Assembly: GCA_950097015.1 (NCBI GenBank)
Contig: CATNEN010000007.1
Span: forward strand, 13,268,001-13,332,000
DNA length: 64,000 nucleotides
Direction: 5' to 3'
Source of the DNA: Macrostomum hystrix
Lineage: Eukaryota; Animalia; Platyhelminthes
Each line of letters opens with the position of its first letter. Position 1 is the stretch's first letter. A program made the translations under genes and the position numbers. The notes under the pieces are model-generated. The model was not told the origin of the DNA. It made no database searches and saw only the letters and a program-made list of their open reading frames with translations. This document shows positions 49,479-60,999 of this stretch, one piece after another.

Positions 49479-50951
49479 GACAGTAAGGCTACCTTCAGCT
49501 GCTGTTCAAGTTCTTTTTGAGAGTCAGATTGACAACAGCATAGGCAGCTGCGAGCTGCAGGTCTGGAAAATGAAGTGATTAAAGTACACAAGGTGGTGAC
49601 CAAATATATCATTAAAGCTTACAACAAAAAAGGAATTTTCTGTTATATGCACTCGTAGGCATACTGTTTTTTTTCTTTAGGTGCCTAGAATTTTTTCTTT
49701 AAAAATACTATAAAAATCTAAATAGTTGCAGGGGACTGCAGGTAATATGCACCAATGGACGAAAGTTTATCACCTTGTCAGCAAGGAGGCAACTTTACAT
49801 GCCTATTCAATTCAGCCCTGACAGCACAGAGGTGAAGAAAATCCCTGGCTTCTTCATTCTCAGGTAGTTTAAACCTCACAGTGTCTTGCAGGTTGACCCT
49901 TATGTGTGTAAATGTCAAACCAAGCTATCAACCTCTGACCAATTTTGTTCAGTTCCTACTGTTGAATGTACTTCTTACAATTTAAATACCATTTTATACA
50001 TTTGCTTAGCTATACCCAAGAGAAGCAAGGTCTTATGGTCTATTTGCTAGAGTGAGTTCACATCCACTAACACATATTTCTAAGAAATAGAAGCTTAATA
50101 AAAAACAAGTTATTATTATTGCTATGTGCACATGGATTGGTTGCTGCTTTTTAGTTTATTTTGTGTTACTAATGACAATGAATACCTTTTTTGTTTAAAA
50201 AAATATAATCTGCTATAAAAATAACAGAAGCAAGTGTACAAAAAATATAGCCAAAGAAGTAAAAAACATAATATATATTTTTCTAATTACTGAAACTTTA
50301 GCTGGGATCTAGAATACATATTTTGCTCAAGAAAAAAGGACAGAAAAACAATTAAACAGTTACATACAGTTACAGAAATAAATTACCATGTTCTCAGGGC
50401 AGCAATGTGTTGATCTAAAAGTGAGGATTTTTTCTTTGAACTTCACTAGCTTTTCTGTTATGTCCTTGCTTTCCTGTGTCATTAAATATATCATTTTGTC
50501 TTCAGCTGTTAAGAATTTAAAATTCTAAACAATACTTGCCACTTTCTTTATGTATTTATCTCTGGGAACATAGACACAAGCAGATTATAAAATTATTCTC
50601 TATATAAGGTTCAAATCCCAAGAGCTAAGTTTCTAGGTGACAAAAGCTTCCTAGGCCTTTAATGCATAGAGAACTGCTTTCTATCATAGCTGTACTAGAC
50701 AAAAGGAGCTGTTTGTGTTTAAGTATCTTGTATCCCACTTACTTTCTAAGTGCATTATTGGATTTCCACATTTTACCTAGTTCTATCATATGAGTATTGA
50801 CAGTTTTTTGCAGTCAGGTGAAACCCAAGGTATTTCCACTGCTACATAGGTTCTAAAAGTTGGCCATGTAAACAAAGTCTGTGTTCCCCTTAAATGGAGA
50901 TTGCAACTCAGAAGCTTTGTTCTCTCAATGTTTTTCTAATTTTTGACTATT

Positions 50952-52429
50952 GGGTAATTCCATGAGAAGGTCATCAATGGGACATTATTTTTGTTTTCTA
51001 TATTTAAAAGAATTTATATTTCCAACAAGTAAATAATTATATATAGTTTTATGTTTAAGTAGTTTTAAACATATTTATCTACCTTTAGGTATATATTTTT
51101 TGTTTTGATCATACTACCCATACAATCATTTCAATGTTCCGCGGGACATTATAAAAAGTTAATATAGTTTTCATTAAGGAACTAATTAGTCTTAAATTTA
51201 ACTCAGAGAATATAAATATAAAAATAAATAAACTTTATTAAATCTAAAAACTGAAATAAAAAAGTTTTATGACCTAATATATTTCTTTTTATCATAACTT
51301 TTGTTTTGAAAAGTTAAGGCTTTGCTTTTTAAAAGAGTAAAAAACGACCATCATTTTTTTTAATGAAAAGTTGTTTTACCAAGTTCAAAAGGCTTGTGAA
51401 GTAATTTTTTGCTAAAATATTTCATTAGCCTATGTCCAAGTTAAATTTTCTTTTTTGTTAGCATGTGATAAGTTTAATATGCTTAAAAAAACCCTGCAAA
51501 GTTACCCAACGACCATCATTTCCTGGCATTCTTAAAACCTGTATATTTTCAGAAAACATTAATACTGTTCTCAAGTTGTGTATTTTTAATCAATTTTTCT
51601 TGTAAAAGGTTCTTGTGTCAATTTTAAAGACAATACATGCTCTTTGAATTCAAGCCTTTAAGAGAAACTGTTATCTTTATTTCATCCTTTTTTTAATGCA
51701 TGCCTTAAATTAATTTTCGACATGTACTATTAAAGTTGGTCCTACTATCCCTTTGTTAATTGTTTCATGCACAATTACTTCTATCAACTGATTAGCCACC
51801 TTTATGATTACCTATTCAGGCAATCTTGAAGTTTAATGTTTTGTTGAAGGTACAAGTACATGATGGTTTGATCTGAAATGGGAGATTAGTGTAATACATT
51901 TTATGGTTAGAAAAGCATTAAATATTTGTATTAGAACTAATATTAGTTATAAACAATCTTAAAACCACGATATTATCCAAAATAGAGAGATTCCTTATGT
52001 TGTTTTAAAAAATGATGGTCGTTTTTTGAAACAAACGACCATCAGTCCAACGACCGTCATCTAAGAAAATGCATGCAACACACTTAGAACTGGCTACTAA
52101 CATGTGAAATTTGTTTATAACTGTTTATCTAGCTATTGTTTTCTACAACAAATGATTGATTGAGACCAAAACTTTCCTGATTCGCAGGAATCTTGAACTT
52201 CCGTTGAAAATTTGAATCTGTCAACTTTCACCAAAAACGACCATCATTGAAAGTTTCTGTCTGCTACATTAACACAGTAAATAAAATTACTTTAAAATGT
52301 ATATTATTTTAATCTAGAGGTCACACCCATCAATATAGAACATAAAAAGTCTCGAGTTAGTTTGTCTTTAGTACAAATATTTATTATTATGTACACCAAC
52401 ACAACGACCGTCATCTCATGGAATTAGCC
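50952..52429. mobile_element. Non-autonomous TIR element with 4-bp TSD (Sola2-like), 1478 bp
   Basis: Termini GGGTAATTCCATGAGA and TCTCATGGAATTAGCC (15/16 match), TATT on both sides, repeated internal AACGACC(A/G)TCA motifs. The superfamily is inferred from GRG termini and the 4-bp TSD. Confidence 0.85.
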
Positions 52430-52717
52430 TATTACAGAATTTTACAACTTTGTCAATGCCTTTTTGTAATTCTGTCAGGTCTTCCCCAAAGATGACTAAA
52501 TTGTCACAGTAAAGCAGGATGTTTACTTCTTCATTCATTATGGAGGTAGGCATATTGCTATGGAATGAGTTTTTTTTTATATTTTGCTAAACAGGTTGAT
52601 GTACAAGGAAAATAGCAATGGAGATAAGGGACATCCATGTCTGATGTCATTAGTGATCTGACAAGCTACAGTGGCTATACTTTCTGAGACCTTTATATGA
52701 AATTTTGCCCCCGAGTA

Positions 52718-53356
52718 GGGTAATGTATCATCAACCGAACAGTGTATCTTCAAAACCGAACAAGAATTTTGACTCCTTCCTTGGTCTTGTGCAAGACAGA
52801 AACAAGCTATTGTATTTCACAGAACAACTATTTTGAATGTCAATGAAATTATTTACAAGCTAAGGCATGACATGCAATAAAGCATTAAAAGGGAAAAAAG
52901 ATATGGATGTTTCAGTAGAAATTTTTATCACAAAAGCATACTTTTTGACAGCATTTTTAGCATGTACTTTAGACTAAGATTGTATGTGGTTGCTTTCCTA
53001 TTAAATTACCATAAATGTAGTTATTTATAGAGCATGAAAAATGCTTTCAAATGACATAATTCATGATAGATCACTCCTTAAAATAAGATTAAACCACTCA
53101 CTCAAATTTTAAACCTGAACATCAAATTCTCTGTTTGGTTTGAAGATACATGAAAATCATTGTTTGGTTTTAGATGAAAAACATAAATAACTTTTTTCTA
53201 TTTGACAAAATTGCGAAAGCAGATACTATTTAGAAAGAGAAAACAGTTTTCTATAACTTGGCTTTTGATTTATCATGATATCTTAAATAGAAAATCTGTA
53301 GCTTAGGTTTGAAGTTAAAAAATGCATATTCTTGTTCGGTTGATGATACATTACCC
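52718..53356. mobile_element. MITE with TA TSD (Tc1/mariner-pogo type), ~640 bp
   Basis: Perfect inverted repeat GTAGGGTAATGTATCATCAACCGAACA at 52715-52741 and 53333-53359. Confidence 0.9.
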
Positions 53357-54139
53357 TACATACTCACAATAATAATAATTATTATTGCTTGGTTCACTTC
53401 TAAATGCTTTAATCAAGTGAATAGAGTTGGATGGTGACCATGTCGAATGCACTTTTTTAATCATAGAAAACCAAATCTTGCATTGCAGAATTAGAAAAAA
53501 TGCTGACAAATTTCTTTAAAATACTCCTTTTCCTACCCAAAAATACTAGCAACAAAGTGATTCTGAATGAACTTGGTGTCAACCCTATTTCAGAAATAAT
53601 TAAAAATAAAAGCCTAACACATCAAAACTAACTCTTATTAACTTCTTATGCAGAATACAAGCTCTCAGTCCTTAGGTAGAGTTCTAACTTCTTCCAGAAT
53701 AGGCCTAACATTTACTGAAAAAAAAATCACAAAAGCCTCGGGTCCTTTTATGACTTTCCTTATTAATTAAAACTTATACACATTCCCAATATCCACTTTT
53801 CGTTTCTGTTCAGAAACAAAAATATGCTTAGCTTGTATATTAAACTAAAAGATGAAATTGTCCCTTACAAATATCACCTCAAAACACCAACTCTTGCATC
53901 CTTTGTAACCACAATGGCATTATTGATATCTACTGTTGCGACTGCACTTTCTTTAAAAAATTAAAAACAATAATCTTCAATAAGGACTCTCTCTTTAAGA
54001 GTCTTGTAGGCCCTATAAAGTAGGACTTAGTTACAAAAATTCCTTTATTAAAAAAGGATTAAACAAATTTGTCAATCTTGTCTTTTCTAAGATCAACTCT
54101 CTCTTAAAATCTTTATAGTTCACCTTGTCTTCTTTTCTC

Positions 54140-54430
54140 TTCTGTTCACGTTAGCGACATTTTATCGCGCGGTAATAGCCGCTAACTTTACAGCATAGTA
54201 ATGTCCCTGCGGTGAAGTTAGCGGTTTTTACCGCACTGTTTATAACATTAAAAAAACCGCACTGTTTAACAAACCTTATTATGCGGAATTTACCGCACTG
54301 TTTAAAAAACCTCTTTCAGGGTCGGACTATGCAGTGGACTATGCACAAATTTGACATTCGAACTTCTCCGTATTTTAATTTGAATAATTTTATCTTTTAA
54401 TTTGTGTGAACTCATTGTCTTGCTTCGTTT
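54140..54430. promoter_or_regulatory. Candidate bidirectional promoter between the divergent formin and Arf-GEF genes
   Basis: Local CpG-rich patch inside a CpG-poor zone, with a hairpin, three ACCGCACTGTTT copies and a possible minus-strand donor AAG|GTGAA at 54123. Confidence 0.4.
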
Positions 54431-56149
54431 GTATTCTTCTAATTGATCATGTAGTGGTTATGTTTTGGTCTTACTTTTCAGTAGTTTGCTTTTTAGATTT
54501 TTTCTCCTGAAGTACTGAAAAAATCCCCTGTTTTAGTTTTTATAGTTAAAGTTTAGTTTAAGTCATTTTAAGCTACTCAAACGCATCCTTAGTTTAAGAA
54601 ATTGTTAGCAAGGACCACTAGAAGAAGACTTCTGCTACATGTAGTGGTCCTTGATTTTTAGCTACTCGAACGCACCATCTTTTTCGTTAAAATTTAAGGA
54701 AAAGTTATGTTAACTACTAACATTAAAAAGCTAATGCATTCTCTGAATTTCAATTTTTAGCCTTACAGGTAAAATAATTTAAAAATAAGAAAGGCTTTAG
54801 GCAAAATTTTGTTAAAACTGTAACTTTTTAAATGATCAGTTCACTTTTATTTGTTATTAAAGCTTTTCCTGTACTTAAATTTTGCGTTAAAGTATATTTT
54901 TTACTGAGTGTTCCCACAATTTTACGAGCTCAACATAAATAAAATTATATGTACGTATGACTGCATGTCTGTCTAACACAACATCGTTTTTAGATTCTAA
55001 AAATATTCCTTTATGTTAATCGTGTTAAATGATATAGCTTTTTAATCCAAATGTTATGACAATGACAATTTTATATAAAAAGTAATTTGTATTCAAGCAA
55101 TAGTATAAGTTGTCATGTAATTTTTTTTTGTTTCCACTGAAGCATGCACTACGAAAATTAAAACTTTAATGCATAACATTTTAATAGAAATGACATACTT
55201 ATAAAGTTGGAAGCAAATAGCAGTCTATAATATAAATAAACTGTGACATTAAAAATATTTGATTTGATTTATTTAGCAAATCCTAACTTTAAAACTTATT
55301 TCCTAGGCTTTATAAAATAATTTGTTTTCGCAAGTGTTGTTTATTGATATTTTCATTTCAAATGTGTTTTTTATTTAGATTGTAATAGTGTAATCAAGTT
55401 TGTTTACTTGGGCTTCTTTAACTATAATAATCCTATAAAATGGTTACAGTTTTAGTTGTACAAATAAATTTCTGCCTAATAAGAGTGCTCAGAGTTCAGA
55501 AGTAATATCAGTTTGTTCCATCTATGACCACTTTCTGTCTATGCTATGGCTTCCCTATCACAGAATGACCACACTTAGTGGGACATAGGCCTACTGAATA
55601 AAGAATTTTAGAAGTGATTTTGGTAAGCCGTAAGGTGTTTATTTATAAAAGTTAAAGGGAGTCAAGGGGACCTACCAAAGATAACTCATATTTTTTATAG
55701 GATTAGCCCAGAATTTCTACCAATGAATAAAAATGTTCCGCACAGCACTGCAATTTACACACATCAGTGAAGTAAATAGACAATGTAATGTTTCTTAGAA
55801 ATGTCTTCTCTAGAAAAAAAACCCTTACAATTCCCACTTTATTTCATTAAAGAATTTTTTATAAAAAATTACATTGCTCTAAGTTCCTCTTGTTCATTGT
55901 ATTTAAAGATGGTTATTGGCTACTTCTCTTCTGTCCTATTGTTGGAATATCAAGCCAGATAAAACAAGGACAGCCCATAAGATGAAGCCAAAATTAATCC
56001 ACTAATCATTATACTTCTTATTACTCATAACTATAAGAAATATTCCATTTCAATGTGAACTATCAAATTCAATGCCAAAGCATAGTAGCAGCTGTCGCAG
56101 AATTGGTTGTCACCTGTTTTGGAATCCTGGTTTGGGGCTTCATTCTCCA

Positions 56150-59100
56150 ACTTGGCCATACGGCATTGAGCATGTGCCATATACTTCATCGCCAGCTTTT
56201 GCTTTTTTGCCTGCTCTCTCGCCCTTGCCTTCTCTTCTGCTTTCTTTGCCTGTCTATCTTTGCAAATTGTTCTGTGTAGCAGCAGCAGCAACCTGTGCCT
56301 TCACTTGAGCCAGATGAGCCTCTGATTCCTGCATTGCCTTTTAATGCTTCTTATACTCTGAGCTCTCCTGCCGGACTGAGCCATAGTCAGGAAGGTGGCC
56401 TCTGAGGCGGAAAATTCCGGCGCACACAAAGGGTCTCGGAGCACATCGGCGCACAAGCGCGGCGCACACAAAGGGTCTCGGTGCACATTGGCGCACAAGT
56501 GCGGCGTACACAAAGGGTCTGGGCACACATTGGCCCATAAGCTGCAGTACACACTAAAAATTCCTAGAAGTCGTAATTTGTCGTAAATTGCATATTTGTT
56601 ATTCTAACGGCATTTTTCAAATATTGAAATTGTTCATAATTTTTGAAATCGTATGATTGAACATCTTGTAACATTGTCGTAACTCGTAAATATTTTTCGT
56701 ATTTCCTGTTTCCCATCAACTGTCTGAACTGTGTTACAACTTACAATTACTGCTTTCGTTTCAATTCAGTTTTTTTCAATATTACATATATTTGCTTAGC
56801 TGTGCTTAGATCTGCGATGTGCGATCTGCGATCTGTGAATGCGATAACCTAACTGTATGATGAACATATTTTATTTCGTAACATTAATACATCATATAAC
56901 CCTTAGGTTAACATAGGGTGCTTTTCTGTGTAGGGTCAGGGCTAGGGGACAGAAACAGTGTATAGACGGCACATAGATGGCGCACAGACGGCGCACAGAT
57001 TGTCCCTCCAAAATTTATTCCGGCGCACACTCTGCCACCTTCCTGACTATGGGGACTGAGTGACGCATGATGTCCTTGATCTCCAGTGTATCGCTAGAAA
57101 TACCATGAGCAGTGCAAAATGACTGAATGTTCATCAGACCATTTAGCTATGGGTCCTGCAGCCAATTCCAGTCTTTGTGCAGGGTCCTTTGCAGCTTGCT
57201 AAACTGGTGCTCAACATCGGCATTGTCATGGGGAAGAATGAGCCTCTTCCAAACCAATTCAGCTAGGAGAAGATATTCTCCTGTGGCATGTAACTAGTCC
57301 GAAAACAGTTCCACATATCTTGGCTTGTCCTTCAGTTCCTAGTGCTTGGCAGCTGCTGCTAGAGCTGAATTGTCTCCACTCCAGTTGCAATGAATCATAG
57401 TTGTATACAGCTTGCAGTCCAGGAAGCACAGTTGCCTCTCAGAAACACTCTCATTTGAGTCAGTATCACTGTTAAAGGGGTTGGCAAGTTTTGCAGCTTG
57501 CAGTTCCAGCAAATTCAGCAGTAGGTAGTGAAACAAAGCTGCTAGCAGAGTTAAGTTAAATTGACGAACTCAGTTGAAAATTCAAAATGGAAGCCAACTT
57601 CATGGTGTTGCATGCAATGTCACCAATTATGATGTCCTTGTCCTGATGCTGTTGTGAGCGCTCAATCTTTGTCAGGTCTTCTAGACTCTCTGCCTCTTCA
57701 ACATACTTCCCTTGAATGAAGCTGCTGGCCACAGTGGAAACTAATGCAGTGATCTCTACAAACACGTTGAAAATTTTCAGCTCAGCTGACTGAAACAGCT
57801 TTTCAAACCGCTAGAGTGGAGACAGGGTGCAGCTCAGAAACCCCAAGTACGCCATTGTCTCTGGGGCTTCTAGTTGTTGCAAAATTTGGTGAACTTTTGG
57901 CTTTCTCTTTTTGAGAAAAAATTCCAGCAGCGAGTTGTGCAGCAGGATGTGGCAATTCACAACTTCCAGAATTTGCAACCATTGGGTCTCCACACACCTC
58001 AGCAACCTCAAGGGCGTCTTAGCAAGCATCTCCCGGGTGTCACAAAAACCATTGGCAGCCTTTGCATAGCAAAGGTAGTTGTGGGTGTCATCAAGAAGCT
58101 CTTCTACTTCTTCTCCAAGCTCACCAAGTGCTTGCTGCACAGAATTGTGCACGTGATGGAGAATGCAGCCACCAACATCAACTAAGTTGGGTGCCACTTC
58201 CTTTTGAAGTGCCATGAGTCCTCCAATATTACCCCGTATTACATTTGCACTGTCTGACATAATTGCAATATATTGACTATTTTTCAAATTCCCATTGCCT
58301 AGCTCAAGCACAATCTCCATTAAGGCCTGAGCAATGCTCTGGGATATTGAGCGCAAAAAGATAAAGTCTGTCAGGACCTGGCACTGGTCTCCAAGATGGC
58401 AAACCATTGCAGCAACCCACTGCCAATCTCTACTGCTCCCTTTGTCCAGAAGCAACGAGTAGCTGCCACTCTGCTGCACTTTTTTCAGCACTTCCTTCTG
58501 CAGCTGAACACCAATACCATAATTCACAATTTATGTCATCTTCTGCTTTGCACTACAGATAGCTGCAGCTATCTTGCTGTCGGGGAACATCTTTTTGAGT
58601 GTCTTTGGTATGAAGTCTACTAGGAGGAATGGCAGATCATGCTCAGCAAACATTATGGCAAGAAAAACCTCGGCATCCGTCTTCTTGTCAGATACATGTA
58701 CATTGTGGTCATCACGTTTGGCACTGGCAAATGTCAGGGTAAGCATTTGGCAGTTGCACACAGAAGCCATGTTAGCTTGGTGAGTCTGGGTAGCTGAGTG
58801 CTCCTTCAGCCTTGTTCCTCCATTTTTCTTGCACAACTTGCAGTCAACAAATCCACGGTAAGTTGGTGGCATGCACCAGGCTCCCAGGCAGTCACCATTC
58901 ATATCTTTCTGGCTGGCATACTCATCTTTCCATGCTGTGCAGCGTGATCCTTCCTCATGTAATGCTTCTATAACAGCAGTTGCCATACTCACAAGTGTCG
59001 GGTACCAGACCGCCGAGGTAGACAAACTGCTGGCATCTTGGGAGCTCAGTTGCCTGCCCGTCAGTGCCTCAATGATTTGTGGCATTGCTGCGGGCTTGCA
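56150..59100 (-). pseudogene. Decayed hAT-superfamily transposase, split by a MITE
   Basis: BED-like CKLC...LKEH....H, AEHDLPF...MFPDSKIA, YSLLLD, SDSANV.RG, GCILH, and dimerisation-domain PHDNADVEHQFS (~57200). Multiple stops and frameshifts. Confidence 0.85.
56381..57052. mobile_element. 672-bp non-autonomous DNA transposon with 19-bp perfect TIR and 8-bp TSD
   Basis: CCATAGTCAGGAAGGTGGC ... GCCACCTTCCTGACTATGG, flanked by GGACTGAG at 56373-56380 and 57053-57060. Three 42-bp subterminal repeats at 56419-56545. Confidence 0.95.
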
Positions 59101-59124
59101 TGGGTGGCCTTCTGTTCCGTGAGG

Positions 59125-59626
59125 ACCATTCTGCTGTCCTAGGCCCTACCTGACCATCAGAGGGCGGCGTTGTTCCGGGCGGTGATTGAGTCTGTCCTCT
59201 TGTACAACACTGAGACCTTGATGCTGACGGACTTGCTTGAACATCAGGTCAATGCGGCGCATGCTGACCTGCTGCACGCTGCCTTCAAGATCGGCAACCA
59301 GGGAGTCTCCAATGCGGCACTCTACCACCGCACCAGCCTGGCCTGGCCAAGTGAACTTCTGCGCCATCGGTGACTCCAGCTTGCAGGCCATGTCATCCAT
59401 GCCCGAGTCATACTGCCCAAAGCCAGTGCAGAGGTGATGCTGCTCATGGTACAAGCATCCTACTGGAGAGAATAGGTGCACACCCGGTGCTACGTTGACT
59501 GCCTGCTGGATGATGCCAGCACTCCGGTCTCTGTCGGTGGTGCGTCCTTTGTTTGCTCCCAGGCCCTCAAGCGCCCCATGTGATGCTGTATTAGACTCTG
59601 ACAGCATACTATGTTGTTGTTGTTGT
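59125..59626 (+). mobile_element. RTE-like LINE 3' fragment ending in (TTG)n
   Basis: LFRAVIESVLLYNTETL is a post-RT motif of RTE-type LINEs. Microsatellite tail at 59612-59626. Confidence 0.8.
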
Positions 59627-60999
59627 CGCCATACTCATTGAGCTGTAATGGAGCAGGAGCACATATAAAACTACTGATACTGAAGGTCTTGTTGGCATTG
59701 ATACTAAACAAAATACAAAACTGTTGCCATGATCACAAAGGCCATTATATAATAGCAAGTCTACATGTTTCCCTACTGGTATTTGTCTACTACAATACTA
59801 AACTTACAGTTGCTGTCTTACTGATCAAATTCACTTTATAGCTAGCATACTCAAAAACTGTATATTATGCAATGTATCTAGAAAGAGAGGAACAGAGAAA
59901 GGCAAAACACTTATTTTCATAATATTTTATTTTAAAGAACACACAAATATTCTTAGAACTACAAGGTTTACATTCTGCTTTTCATAGACTTCATGTAGAC
60001 TCAGACTTACACTTCAGAGGACCTAGACTTAGACTTCAGAGTTCAGACTTCATCTGCTATATTACTTAATGCTTCATGAAGTACTGTAATATAGCAGATT
60101 GAATTATTTGGTGTAGGTACTAGGTAGCAAGCATATGTACAGAACAATATTGCAAGTAAAAGGCTTAGGGGCATACTATATAGGAGAATATCACTGCCTC
60201 AGACAGTCAAGGTTCAGCAGTGGGTAATACCATATAAAGCCATAAATGACCTTCAAGTTGTGAGTCTGATGCCCTAACCACTAGGCTACAACCTCTGAAG
60301 TTGTAGAGGAGAGGCAGTGATCCAAATGAATCCAACTAAATCCAAATGCCAAGGAGAGATAAGATTTGTTTAACTTCTTTAGAGAGGCACTTTGCAAACA
60401 ATATTTGCTAACACTACCAATTGGCCAAAAATAAAAGCTTTTTATAGCCATATTTTTATTCCACGGTCCTATATATACTATAAGAAAATATTTCGTGCTT
60501 TTACACAGGTAGTACTCTTTTAATATAATTTCAAGAATTATAAGTTTATTAGTTAATCAAGAATTAACTAAAAATATATGTACAAGAAGCTTTTACCTGT
60601 GTAAAATTCTTGCAAGCTTTTTTAGACTGTCTTGTTGATGCTTCAAAAATTATTTGCAATGAGTGTCACATTCTTCTATTTAGTGTTCCATGTATGAGAA
60701 GCTTTAAACATTGTAAGCCTCTTGTGTGTTATTGTTATTTCACTTTATGCACTTTTTACAAAAAAGTATAAAGTATAAAATGAAGTTCAATAATCTTAAA
60801 TGGATTAGAGCTTCTCATTCAAATCTTGGTTTATGTATTTACTTGGCTTGGACAGTTATTATTATTATTGTTTACATGCTGCAGTCAAAATGCTAAATTA
60901 CACACTTGCATAAAATTTTTCGTTTAAATATAAAAATTATAATTCCTCTTTTCTTTTAGAACAAACGATCGGCTGATGCTGCCTGTTTGATATGAGGCC

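Larger units (their letters stand above)
50340..54100 (-). mobile_element. Old, heavily decayed LINE RT remnant interrupted by two DNA-transposon insertions
   Basis: Collinear minus-strand motifs: SAFDMV (~53445), IRHGCPLSP (~52635), LLYCDNLVI (decayed YADD, ~52505), WKYLG (~50830). Boundaries approximate. Confidence 0.65.

Noticed and set aside
60255-60295. tRNA-like A-box (TAGCCTAGTGGTTAGGGC) on the minus strand
   Set aside because: Only the 5' half is recognisable, with no T-arm. Likely a decayed tRNA-derived SINE.
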